A stretch of 64,000 nucleotides of DNA from a virus. The position numbers and the translations under genes are program-made. Positions within the stretch are counted from its first letter, which is position 1. Each line of letters starts with the position of its first letter. Positions 1 to 7,322 of the stretch are shown in pieces. The DNA lies in IMG/VR virus record IMGVR_UViG_3300009285_016375, positions 1-64,000 of that record. The stretch is one strand, 5' to 3'. The notes beneath the pieces were generated by a model that was not told the origin of the DNA, searched no databases, and saw only the letters and a program-made list of their open reading frames with translations.

Positions 1-4
1 TCAT

Positions 5-25
5 CGCTGAGCTTGGTCGTTAGCC
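5..25 (+). repeat. attC right arm (R' core GTTAGCC), cut by the window edge
   Basis: CGCTGAGCTTGGTC-GTTAGCC resembles the right arms of the other sites. GTTAGCC is complementary to GGCTAAC at 359-365. Confidence 0.75.
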
Positions 26-34
26 TGGTCCAGT

Positions 35-286
35 ATGTTCGCGTCACTCAAAGAATGGTGGAAGAAGTGGTTCTGCATCCCGCCGAGGAATGACGAAATC
101 ACCACGATTCCAGGTCTGGGCGTTTTCCTGCCATACAACCCGCAGGAATCGCTGTTCACGCGCGAGTTCATTTGGCCGGTGAAAATCTTCGGGCGCGAGC
201 ACTGGAAGTGGATCATCGGGACTTTAGTGGCCATCATCGTCCCGCTTTCTGGAGCGCTTATTGTCGCGTTCCTCCGACGCCATTGA
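35..286 (+). CDS. small membrane protein, sense-orientation cassette gene
   Basis: The ORF starts 10 nt after an R' core, ends before the next attC, and has a C-terminal hydrophobic helix (WIIGTLVAIIVPLSGALIVAFL). Confidence 0.6.
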   Translation: MFASLKEWWKKWFCIPPRNDEITTIPGLGVFLPYNPQESLFTREFIWPVKIFGREHWKWIIGTLVAIIVPLSGALIVAFLRRH

Positions 287-358
287 CAGTAGGAGCATGA
301 TTCCAGGCAATGAAATCATCATGGTTATTACATACAGTTCGAGAAAATCGTCCATGAT

Positions 359-451
359 GGCTAACAAGGTCACTGGAGCGGACGGCTGGGGGCCGCTCCA
401 GTTTCAGGTTGATTGTCTGCGGCCAGCCGCCGCTCAGTTCTCACGTTCGGC
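359..451 (+). repeat. attC site
   Basis: GGCTAAC...GTTCGGC ends; imperfect inverted repeat CTGGAGCGGACGGCTGG / CCAGCCGCCGCTCAG with extrahelical bases. Confidence 0.85.
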
Positions 452-705
452 TTCTGTGGGCACGCGGCCTCGAATCCGAAAAATGAATGTTCCGTCATGT
501 CCCACCGGCACGCATTTCCGCAGATGATACACTCCTTCATCTCGTCGTTGATACAGCCACGCATCCGGCTGATTGTCGGCCCACCGATTGCCGCACAGTC
601 AGGATGTCGCTGGCCAGAAGCCGAACAAGACGCTGGAGCACAACGGCCCTTGTCCTCTCCGGTTATGGTGTCGCAGGTTGTCGGGAGTTTTGTTTCTTCG
701 TTCAT
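370..705 (-). CDS. hypothetical phage protein (CxxC) with attC-encoded N- and C-termini
   Basis: The ATG lies in the loop of attC 620-750 and overlaps the upstream TGA. The C-terminus is read through attC 359-451. Confidence 0.6.
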   Translation of the reverse strand: MNEETKLPTTCDTITGEDKGRCAPASCSASGQRHPDCAAIGGPTISRMRGCINDEMKECIICGNACRWDMTEHSFFGFEAACPQKPNVRTERRLAADNQPETGAAPSRPLQ

Positions 706-750
706 ACTTTTGGGTTGTTGGCCGGGCCGTGGCTCAGCTTGTCGTTAGGC
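620..750 (+). repeat. attC site
   Basis: GCCGAAC...GTTAGGC; CTGGAGCACAACGGCC / GGCCGTGGCTCAG; closely similar to 2249-2379. Confidence 0.85.
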
Positions 751-944
751 GCACTCGTCTCTTGTGATTCCAGCGCCATCAGCATTTCAGCCGTATGACA
801 CTCGCTCTCGTAGTGCGATCCTGGCATACAGCACTTGCCGGGGAAGCAGCAGCCTTCCGGGCCGAGCGGCGATTCGTCGTCTTGGCAGCGTTCTTCGGGT
901 TCGTCCACGCCGTCGTCCATTTCGATTCCATTTATGATTATCAT
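702..944 (-). CDS. hypothetical Cys-rich phage protein
   Basis: The ORF ends inside an attC loop with an ATGA overlap to the next gene. Confidence 0.55.
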   Translation of the reverse strand: MIIINGIEMDDGVDEPEERCQDDESPLGPEGCCFPGKCCMPGSHYESECHTAEMLMALESQETSAPNDKLSHGPANNPKV

Positions 945-968
945 AGCGTTCTTTGAGTTTGACCGTGC

Positions 969-1060
969 GCCTAACCATGCGCTGCAGCGAACCCGGCCAT
1001 CGCATCACTGTTGCAATCGTGGCGTCTCGTGGGCCGGGTCGCTGATCCGGGTCGTTATGC
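969..1060 (+). repeat. attC site
   Basis: GCCTAAC...GTTATGC; GCTGCAGCGAACCCGGCC / GGCCGGGTCGCTGATC; canonical attC form. Confidence 0.9.
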
Positions 1061-1341
1061 CAAAATACGTTGCAATCTTCTGTGGAGTAGATGACCTGCC
1101 ATCCGAAAAGCTGCCAGGATTGGATGCCTTCGCGCGCTCCAACTGCCGTAGCGCCAGACAACTGTCGCGTGAGGCGATGGCGTTTGACTATAAAGGCTCC
1201 GAAGATGAGTTCTTTCAGCAGGTCCATACCAAACTTGGCCGAACCATCCCCGTGATTGTTCTGACCGTTGAGTCGGCTCGTTGGGCGATGCCAAGTCAGA
1301 GCATTGATGACGCCTTAAAGCGATTCTTTGATGAAGCATAA
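1057..1341 (+). CDS. hypothetical protein, classical sense-orientation integron cassette gene (94 aa)
   Basis: The ATG is inside the R' core (GTT-ATG-C) and the TAA stop is inside the R'' core (GCA-TAA-C), which is textbook cassette geometry. Confidence 0.7.
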   Translation: MPKYVAIFCGVDDLPSEKLPGLDAFARSNCRSARQLSREAMAFDYKGSEDEFFQQVHTKLGRTIPVIVLTVESARWAMPSQSIDDALKRFFDEA

Positions 1342-1427
1342 CAAGTCACTCCAGCGGACGGCGGGGGGCCGCTTCAGGTTGATGGGGTTGCTCAGTGGCC
1401 CGCCGCCGCTGAGTTCTATCGTTCGGC
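1336..1427 (+). repeat. attC site
   Basis: GCATAAC...GTTCGGC; CTCCAGCGGACGGCGGG / CCCGCCGCCGCTGAG. Confidence 0.88.
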
Positions 1428-2050
1428 ATTTCTACGTCGTTGGCGATTTCGTTGCCCCAGACGTGCCAGCCGGGCCGTTTGCGGCGAGCAAAGAGTTCGA
1501 GCCGTGGCCCATCGTCTGTCTGCTCAATGAGCCATTGCCACTCGACAGGTTTCTTGGAGTGCTTCTTTGTCATCGGCAGTTTTATGACCGCTGATGGCAG
1601 ACGTTTCTTGCACGGTGGATTTCCGCGCACCGCGACCAGAAGAAACTCCGCTCCGTTTGAAGTGACCGAGCCGGTGAGCGGAGCAGGGTCGGCCTTGTGC
1701 CAGACCAGAGTTTGCCGGTATCGGAATCCCCAGGCTTCAATCACGCGAAAGGCGTCAGGCAGATATTTATTGGTCGTCCAGAGCCAGAGCCGACAGTCCT
1801 TGTCCGCAAGTTCACTGACTTTAAGCGCGCAGATTTCTTTGACCGTCATTGACGGATACGGAAGCGGCTTGGACGTGATTTCCCCGTGCCAGTTTCCAGA
1901 GTGCGACGAGCCTCGGAATCCATCGTCATATTCCCAAGGCGGGTCTGCGACAATGACCCGAAATGCCGAACAAGGCGCTGGACACGAATGAGAGGGAGCG
2001 CGTTGAGGCTCTGTCTCAAAGTCGAACATCATTGGCGCGCTCCCTCTCAT
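1346..2050 (-). CDS. MT-A70 family adenine methyltransferase
   Basis: VIVADPPW catalytic motif, YPSM, LWLWTTN, HSKKP, RLELFARR..GWHVWGNE. Confidence 0.9.
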   Translation of the reverse strand: MRGSAPMMFDFETEPQRAPSHSCPAPCSAFRVIVADPPWEYDDGFRGSSHSGNWHGEITSKPLPYPSMTVKEICALKVSELADKDCRLWLWTTNKYLPDAFRVIEAWGFRYRQTLVWHKADPAPLTGSVTSNGAEFLLVAVRGNPPCKKRLPSAVIKLPMTKKHSKKPVEWQWLIEQTDDGPRLELFARRKRPGWHVWGNEIANDVEMPNDRTQRRRATEQPHQPEAAPRRPLE

Positions 2051-2071
2051 CGGTCAGCTTTTTCGTTCGGC
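1965..2071 (+). repeat. attC site
   Basis: GCCGAAC...GTTCGGC; ATGAGAGGGAGCGCG / CGCGCTCCCTCTCAT perfect stem. Confidence 0.85.
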
Positions 2072-2322
2072 GAGCGCGCATCCAGCCACTTCTGAGATCG
2101 CGTGCCGATTCCGTCAGGGATGCCGCACTTCTTTGTCTCGGCGATGAAGACATCTGTCGCAAAGCACGAGACGATCACTCGGCTGGCGGCGGCGAGCGCG
2201 TTCCGCAAGTCACGGATCAGTAACCATGTTTCTTCGTCACAGGGGATCGCCGAACAAGACGCCGGAGCACAACGGCCCTTGTCCTCTGCTGTTAGTCTGC
2301 CTTGGATTGTCGAGAGTTTCAT
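2047..2322 (-). CDS. hypothetical phage protein with attC-encoded termini
   Basis: Shares the N-terminal EDKGRCAPASCSA with gene 370-705; ATGA overlap with the methylase. Confidence 0.55.
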   Translation of the reverse strand: MKLSTIQGRLTAEDKGRCAPASCSAIPCDEETWLLIRDLRNALAAASRVIVSCFATDVFIAETKKCGIPDGIGTRSQKWLDARSPNEKADR

Positions 2323-2379
2323 TTCTTCGTTCAGAGTCTTGGTTGTTCGCCGGGCCGTGGCTCAGCTTGGTCGTTAGAC
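2249..2379 (+). repeat. attC site
   Basis: GCCGAAC...GTTAGAC; paralog of 620-750. Confidence 0.85.
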
Positions 2380-2630
2380 GACTTGTTCATCTCGCGTCCA
2401 ACGGGGAATATCGGGCCTTGCCATTGCGCTTTCTCGAACTGCTCGACGTTGAGTCGCACGCCGCCGCTATTCTCCCATGAGTGACCATTCCAGAACGCCG
2501 GGAAGATTGGGGTCCACATGCCGTAGTCCATCCAATACCAGCCTGTTTGTTCGGGCGGGTCGTCTAACCAGGCGCTGGAGCACCACTGCCGCCCCGCGTC
2601 TCCGATTTGTTGCGTTGTTGGTTCACTCAT
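2331..2630 (-). CDS. hypothetical Trp-rich phage protein
   Basis: PPEQTGWYW...WQGPI pattern is common in small phage early proteins; the start lies in an attC loop. Confidence 0.6.
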   Translation of the reverse strand: MSEPTTQQIGDAGRQWCSSAWLDDPPEQTGWYWMDYGMWTPIFPAFWNGHSWENSGGVRLNVEQFEKAQWQGPIFPVGREMNKSSNDQAEPRPGEQPRL

Positions 2631-2689
2631 ATTCTCAGTGCCGGCCACCGTCGCTGCCGGGCGGCAGTGGCTCAGCTTTTTCGTTAGGC
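2562..2689 (+). repeat. attC site
   Basis: GTCTAAC...GTTAGGC; CTGGAGCACCACTGCCGCCC / GGGCGGCAGTGGCTCAG. Confidence 0.85.
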
Positions 2690-2946
2690 GGCACAGGCAC
2701 GATTCGGACTTCGACCTGCATCGCGTCGGGAGTTTCTCCGGTGTAGGTGCACCGGTTTAGTGCCTCGTCTTTCGTCGCGCAGAACGGGCTTGTCATCTCT
2801 CCGTTTGAATAAAGGTTCACCCAATAGGTGCGCTGAAATCCGGGATGGCATAGGTTGCAGGCGATTTCAGGTTCTAACGCCGAACCAGGTCGCTGCACCG
2901 AATCCGCGCCCCGCTTCTCACGCTCAATCGTTGTTGGTTCATTCAT
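2635..2946 (-). CDS. hypothetical phage protein
   Basis: Starts MNEPTT after the DnaB stop; the C-terminus PNEKAEPLPP is attC-derived. Confidence 0.55.
   Translation of the reverse strand: MNEPTTIEREKRGADSVQRPGSALEPEIACNLCHPGFQRTYWVNLYSNGEMTSPFCATKDEALNRCTYTGETPDAMQVEVRIVPVPPNEKAEPLPPGSDGGRH
2879..2915 (+). repeat. attC left half-site (no right arm found)
   Basis: GCCGAAC-CAGGTCGCTGCACCGAA resembles the left arms of the complete sites. Confidence 0.5.
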
Positions 2947-2959
2947 GCGTTTCTTTCGT

Positions 2960-5476
2960 TCATGGATCCTTGTATCTGGGGTCGGGTGCGCAGGCGGGCT
3001 GGCTTCTGGCGACGCTCTCGAAGCGGGTGTAGCTGCGCAGGAAGGTGAGGGCGACGTCGCCGGTGGGGCCATTGCGTTGCTTGGCGAGGGCGAGCTGGAC
3101 GGGGGCGGCCTCCCGCTCGGGCACGCCGGCCTGGACTTCCTCGGTGTCGTCGGCCTTGGGCCTATAGAGCAGGCCCACCACGTCGCTGTCCTGTTCGAGT
3201 GCGCCGGACTCGCGCAGATCGGAGAGGCGCGGTGGGCGGCCTTCCCGTTCCAGGTCGCGATTGAGTTGACTGAGCACCAAGACTGGCGTGTTCAACTCTT
3301 TGGCCAGCGACTTGAGCCCGCGGGAAATCTCGGCCACTTCCTGCTGGCGGTTTTCGGTCTTGGGCGAGCTGCCGCGCAGCAGTTGCAGGTAATCCACAAT
3401 GAGGAGCTTGAGGCCGTGCTGCTGCCAGAGGCGGCGGGCCTTGGCCCGCAGTTGCATGATGGTCAAGTCCGAGGAGTCATCGATGAACAGGGGCGAGACG
3501 GCCAACTGGCCCGCCGCGCCGGTCAGCTTCGGAAAATCGCGCTCCGTAAGGAACCCCTGCCGGAGGTTGCGCAGGTTGACCCGCGCCCGCGAAGCCATCA
3601 TGCGCAAGACCAGCGACTCGGCGGTCATTTCCAGGCTGAACACGCCCACGGGCAGCTTGAGGTCCAGGGCCACGTGCTCGGCAATGTTCATGGCGAGCGC
3701 AGTGTTGTGCGTCACAATGAAATCATCCGTCACGTAAAGGTGGTCGGCGGAATCCAGCAGGAGGCACTGACACTCATCGTTTCCGTCGGGATGAATTTCC
3801 ACGATGCTCTTGTGCACATGGCGCGCATCAAGTCTCAGCTTGGAAAGATGTTTTGCTGAGGTGACTGGCACCACGGACGGGTCCTCAAACCATATTTGGC
3901 ACCGATAATTCACCAGCCCGATCTTTCGTGCTCCGCGGTGGGTGTAGGTCGGAATTCGGCTCGGCCCCTCCACGCAAATGCCCCCGAGCGAACGCACCAG
4001 GTATTTCACGTCCGCCATGAGTCGTTCGCTCGAAGTGCTGAACTCGATGGATGTCCCACCAACACATCCGTCCGTGTCCAAAAGGCCGCGCAGCAGTTCC
4101 AGCCGGTTGGGGATGGACGCATGTAAATACGACCCCGGAATGAATTTGCGTTCCGAGCGCACGTTCAACCCCAGACGCTCGATGGCCGTCATGGTTTCCG
4201 ATCGGTCGTTGTCCCGCTGCCGTCGTTTGATGCGGAGGCTCATTTCGTCAGCCACTACGGCGGTGTCATCGGGTGGAAGCAAGCCCATCAATTTCCGGTG
4301 CAAGTCGGCCTCGGGTTTGGAAAATACAACGCATCCATTAGCCAACGATCCGTCGCCGAGCAACGCCCCGCACAACCACGGGTGCAAGGGCAGGCCATCT
4401 CCCTGCGCAAACTCCACCGGGCGCACGGCCGGAACGACGTGATTTCGGTAGGCGCCGTCCGGACGCCGAATGGTGCGGTGAATTTCCGCGGTGGTTTTCA
4501 CGGAACCTAAAACACCGCGCCGCCGCTCATTTCTGGTTTGCGTGAACCAGAGGTGTTCGTCACAGCAGCGCGTGAATGTTCCGTCGGAGAAAATGACCTT
4601 GCTCACCTTTTTCTGCCCTTGAGGGAACACGCCCACCACTGGGTGCGGCCTGCCATCTGCGCCAATCACCATGGACCCAACAGCGATCTGGGACATGGCT
4701 ACATAGCCTTCCGGCGTGAGCACGCTCACATTCAGAGGTTGCGCCTTGCCCAGGCTCGGGCGGGCCGCGATGACGATCATTTCCCCGGCGTGCAGCCCGC
4801 TGGTGAGCTGGTCGAAATCGGGAAAGCCGGTGGCCAGGCCGGTCAGTGCGCCGCCGCGCGCGTGGGCTTGCTCGATGCTGTCCAGGGCCACGTTGACCAG
4901 GGTGCGAATGGGTCGGGCTGCGCTGGTGCCCCGCTGTTCGCCTACCTGGAGGATTTCGCTTTCGGCGCCGTCCAGGAGTTCCTCGGCGTGGCCGGCGTGT
5001 TCGTAGATGCGGCCCGTGATGCTGGTGCAGGCCCGCAGCAGGCGCCGGAGCAGGTATTTGTCCCAGACGATGTCGATGTAATAGCCGGCGTGGGCGGAGG
5101 AGGGGGCCACGTCCGGCAAAGGGGCCAGGAAAGCCATCCCGCCGACGGCTTCCCACTGCTGCTGGTCCTTCAGGCGCTGGGCCAGGGTGATGAGGTCGAT
5201 TGGGTGGCGCTGGTCGTAGAGGGTTTCCAGGGCAGCGTAGATGGCGCGATGGCGGAGGTCGTAGAAGGCCTCACGGCCCGCGAAGCGCTCGAGGCACAGC
5301 GGCAACACGTCTTGGGGGGCGAGCAGGATGCAGCTCAGCACGGCCTGTTCGGCTTCGAGGCTGTGCGGGGGCAGCCGATCCCTGAGCACACGGGCCCCAT
5401 CGGCTACCAGTTCAGCTAACAAGCTCACCGGAGCGGACCCGGCCCTTGCGTCTTCGTTGCAGTCGTTAGTCTTCAT
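2960..5476 (-). CDS. dnaB: replicative DNA helicase DnaB, intein-containing
   Basis: PPHSLEAEQAVL N-terminus, AARPSLGK/T Walker A split by an intein, FSLEM, IVDYLQL, LSQLNR, DLRESGALEQDSD, KQRNGPTG. Confidence 0.97.
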   Translation of the reverse strand: MKTNDCNEDARAGSAPVSLLAELVADGARVLRDRLPPHSLEAEQAVLSCILLAPQDVLPLCLERFAGREAFYDLRHRAIYAALETLYDQRHPIDLITLAQRLKDQQQWEAVGGMAFLAPLPDVAPSSAHAGYYIDIVWDKYLLRRLLRACTSITGRIYEHAGHAEELLDGAESEILQVGEQRGTSAARPIRTLVNVALDSIEQAHARGGALTGLATGFPDFDQLTSGLHAGEMIVIAARPSLGKAQPLNVSVLTPEGYVAMSQIAVGSMVIGADGRPHPVVGVFPQGQKKVSKVIFSDGTFTRCCDEHLWFTQTRNERRRGVLGSVKTTAEIHRTIRRPDGAYRNHVVPAVRPVEFAQGDGLPLHPWLCGALLGDGSLANGCVVFSKPEADLHRKLMGLLPPDDTAVVADEMSLRIKRRQRDNDRSETMTAIERLGLNVRSERKFIPGSYLHASIPNRLELLRGLLDTDGCVGGTSIEFSTSSERLMADVKYLVRSLGGICVEGPSRIPTYTHRGARKIGLVNYRCQIWFEDPSVVPVTSAKHLSKLRLDARHVHKSIVEIHPDGNDECQCLLLDSADHLYVTDDFIVTHNTALAMNIAEHVALDLKLPVGVFSLEMTAESLVLRMMASRARVNLRNLRQGFLTERDFPKLTGAAGQLAVSPLFIDDSSDLTIMQLRAKARRLWQQHGLKLLIVDYLQLLRGSSPKTENRQQEVAEISRGLKSLAKELNTPVLVLSQLNRDLEREGRPPRLSDLRESGALEQDSDVVGLLYRPKADDTEEVQAGVPEREAAPVQLALAKQRNGPTGDVALTFLRSYTRFESVARSQPACAPDPRYKDP
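3704..4744 (-). mobile_element. intein (347 aa, Ala1, class 3-type WCT signature) with LAGLIDADG homing endonuclease
   Basis: Starts AQPL after GK and ends IVTHN/T. Block B is EHLW and block F is ECQCLLL. LAGLIDADG motifs are GALLGDG and GLLDTDG. Confidence 0.92.
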
Positions 5477-5506
5477 GGGCCGGGTTGCTCAGTTCAGTCG
5501 TTAGAC
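5414..5506 (+). repeat. attC site containing the dnaB start codon
   Basis: AGCTAAC...GTTAGAC; GAGCGGACCCGGCCC / GGGCCGGGTTGCTC. Confidence 0.8.
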
Positions 5507-5835
5507 GACTTCGGATCGTAGCACTCGCACCCGCCTGAGTGCTGCGGCCAGTTGTCGAAAATTCTTCCGTCCATTTCCGGGTTGTGACACGCCCAGCCTT
5601 TTTGCACGCCACAGACGCAGCGGCCTTTGATGCCTGCCGCTTTCTTTTGCTCATCCGTCGGCTGTGGCTCTGTGCCGCAGTGATAGTGGACTGGATGCAG
5701 ATGCTTGCAGTTGCAGCAGCATTGCACGAAGGTCGGGTCGTCTTTCAGTCCGCACCACGTCGCCGACCCGGCGGTTGGAGCTAACGGCCGCCCCGCTTCT
5801 GGCTTCGGTTGAGTCTCGGTTAATTCGGTCGTCAT
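5494..5835 (-). CDS. hypothetical Cys-rich phage protein
   Basis: CCCNCKH...CVC...CECY; ends in an attC right arm; its N-terminus is a degenerate attC left arm near 5762-5795. Confidence 0.6.
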   Translation of the reverse strand: MTTELTETQPKPEAGRPLAPTAGSATWCGLKDDPTFVQCCCNCKHLHPVHYHCGTEPQPTDEQKKAAGIKGRCVCGVQKGWACHNPEMDGRIFDNWPQHSGGCECYDPKSSND

Positions 5836-5861
5836 GTGTCCTTTCTGGCGTCACTGCTACA

Positions 5862-6212
5862 TCAGTTACCCATGACTTGCTTGAGCGCCCAGTATTCAGG
5901 GTTCACGAATCCGGCCACGATGTTGCTGACAGAGCAGCACAGTGCGATGAGCAGACAGAGCGTTCCGACGCCCCAGATTAGCCACGGCAGCGCGATGCTT
6001 CCACAGTTGTCGTTCCAGTCGCCGTCATCCTTGGTTTTATCACGCACGAGCCGGTAGCCCAAGACCATCACGGCAGCGTAGATGCAGAGCGCGATTGCTT
6101 CGGTCGTGCTGGTTATCGGCGCTTGTCGCACCAGCACCGCCCACAGGTGTTCGGCAGTCGTGCCGAGTTTCTCTGCGAGCTTTTCGATGAGTTGCTGTGT
6201 TTGTTCGTTCAT
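5862..6212 (-). CDS. hypothetical two-TM membrane protein
   Basis: LIEKLAEKLGTTAEHLW...two hydrophobic helices...NPEYWAL. Confidence 0.7.
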   Translation of the reverse strand: MNEQTQQLIEKLAEKLGTTAEHLWAVLVRQAPITSTTEAIALCIYAAVMVLGYRLVRDKTKDDGDWNDNCGSIALPWLIWGVGTLCLLIALCCSVSNIVAGFVNPEYWALKQVMGN

Positions 6213-6238
6213 ACATTTATTTCGAGTTCGACCGTGAT

Positions 6239-6331
6239 GCCCAACCATGCGCTGGAGGCAAAGCGGCGGGCGCATCTGGGTTGGCAATCGGACGCCCGCG
6301 TGCGCCGCTTGCCTCAGCTTGGTCGTTCGGC
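6239..6331 (+). repeat. attC site
   Basis: GCCCAAC...GTTCGGC; GCTGGAGGCAAAGCGGCG / CGCCGCTTGCCTCAGC. Confidence 0.88.
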
Positions 6332-6516
6332 GAAAGAGCGCGCCCGCATGTCCTATAGTGCCACGGGTCGGTTTTTATCCGCATCGGACATCTGCCACTT
6401 TTCAGCGCAGCCTTGTAACGATAGTCAGTCGGGACCAGAGTATGTCCTCTGGTGCAGCGCAGACCACAAGTCGCCGAACAATTCGGCGACACCACGTTCA
6501 GTAGTTGCGAGTTGAT

Positions 6517-7320
6517 ATGACCGACATCCCTACGGAACTGAAGGCAATGACCGCAAACATCGGGAAGTGCATCCTGATTTGTCAGGGGATTGAGGTCATG
6601 CTCGCGACGATGATTCTCATAGAGCGCAAGCAACCAAAGAGCGCGGTCGATGAGTTCATCCGCGAGTTTGCGCGTCTCAGGCTTCAGATACTCGGTGCCC
6701 TCAAAAAAGAGCTTCTCAAACTGAAGGTTACGTATGCTGAGTTTGACCATCTCGATGATGTCATTGAGCGAAGAAACTGGCTTGTTCATATGATGAGGTT
6801 GGATTGCGTGGAGAGGCTCGCGAGGCTCACTACAAGCTCCGTCAGGAGATTTTTGACGGAGATGATCGAGAATCCAAAGCCCTTCTCGATACCGTGCGAG
6901 CAACGATTCAGAGTGTTGATAGCTAGTTTTCATACGCCGAACAAGGGCGAACAGCCGCCCGCCTTTCCGTTTCGTGAGGTTTGGATTTTTCATAGGTCTT
7001 TCGTGTCGGCGACAGTCGTGGTCGGCGGCTGTCGCTCAGTTCGGTCGTTAGACCACAGCGACCGCCCACTTCGCATGAGCTTTTCGAGACGCTTGAATGT
7101 TGGACTGCCAGACCTGATAATGACGTGCATGAGGCCAGCGGATGTTTTCACCGCTGCTGTGCCGTATCCGATGATGTCAGCATCCGCAATGGTGTGGTCT
7201 AACAAGGGCGCTGCACCTACCCGCCGCCCCGCTTTCCGTTTCGAGTTTGATTTCATTTCGATTGTCCTTTCTGCGCACCACCGTCGCCGTCGGGCGGCAG
7301 TGGCTCAGCTTTTTCGTTAG
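6517..7320 (+). CDS. putative HEPN-like cassette gene or fragment; the 3' part is probably read-through
   Basis: Helical ORF with ERRNWLVH (RxxxxH) and lower GC. It starts just after a collapsed attC. An antisense ORF (6217-6993) is also open. Confidence 0.4.
   Translation: MTDIPTELKAMTANIGKCILICQGIEVMLATMILIERKQPKSAVDEFIREFARLRLQILGALKKELLKLKVTYAEFDHLDDVIERRNWLVHMMRLDCVERLARLTTSSVRRFLTEMIENPKPFSIPCEQRFRVLIASFHTPNKGEQPPAFPFREVWIFHRSFVSATVVVGGCRSVRSLDHSDRPLRMSFSRRLNVGLPDLIMTCMRPADVFTAAVPYPMMSASAMVWSNKGAAPTRRPAFRFEFDFISIVLSAHHRRRRAAVAQLFR
6936..7053 (+). repeat. attC site
   Basis: GCCGAAC...GTTAGAC; GCGAACAGCCGCC / GGCGGCTGTCGC. Confidence 0.8.
6990..7256 (-). CDS. hypothetical phage protein with attC-encoded termini
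   Basis: ATGA overlaps at both ends, each inside an attC loop. Confidence 0.55.
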   Translation of the reverse strand: MKSNSKRKAGRRVGAAPLLDHTIADADIIGYGTAAVKTSAGLMHVIIRSGSPTFKRLEKLMRSGRSLWSNDRTERQPPTTTVADTKDL

Positions 7321-7322
7321 GA
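7197..7322 (+). repeat. attC site
   Basis: GTCTAAC...GTTAGGA; the right arm is nearly identical to that of 2562-2689. Confidence 0.8.

Noticed and set aside
1662-1673. 12-nt match (GTGACCGAGCCG) between spacer 1 and the methylase gene
   Set aside because: A 12-mer match is expected by chance for four spacers in a 64-kb GC-rich window, and the flanks do not match.
359-7322. Interpreting the hairpins as rho-independent terminators, REP elements or a CRISPR array
   Set aside because: They have RYYYAAC/GTTRRRY-type ends, extrahelical bases and gene-sized intervals, and their core complementarity is offset by one site, which fits attC cassettes.
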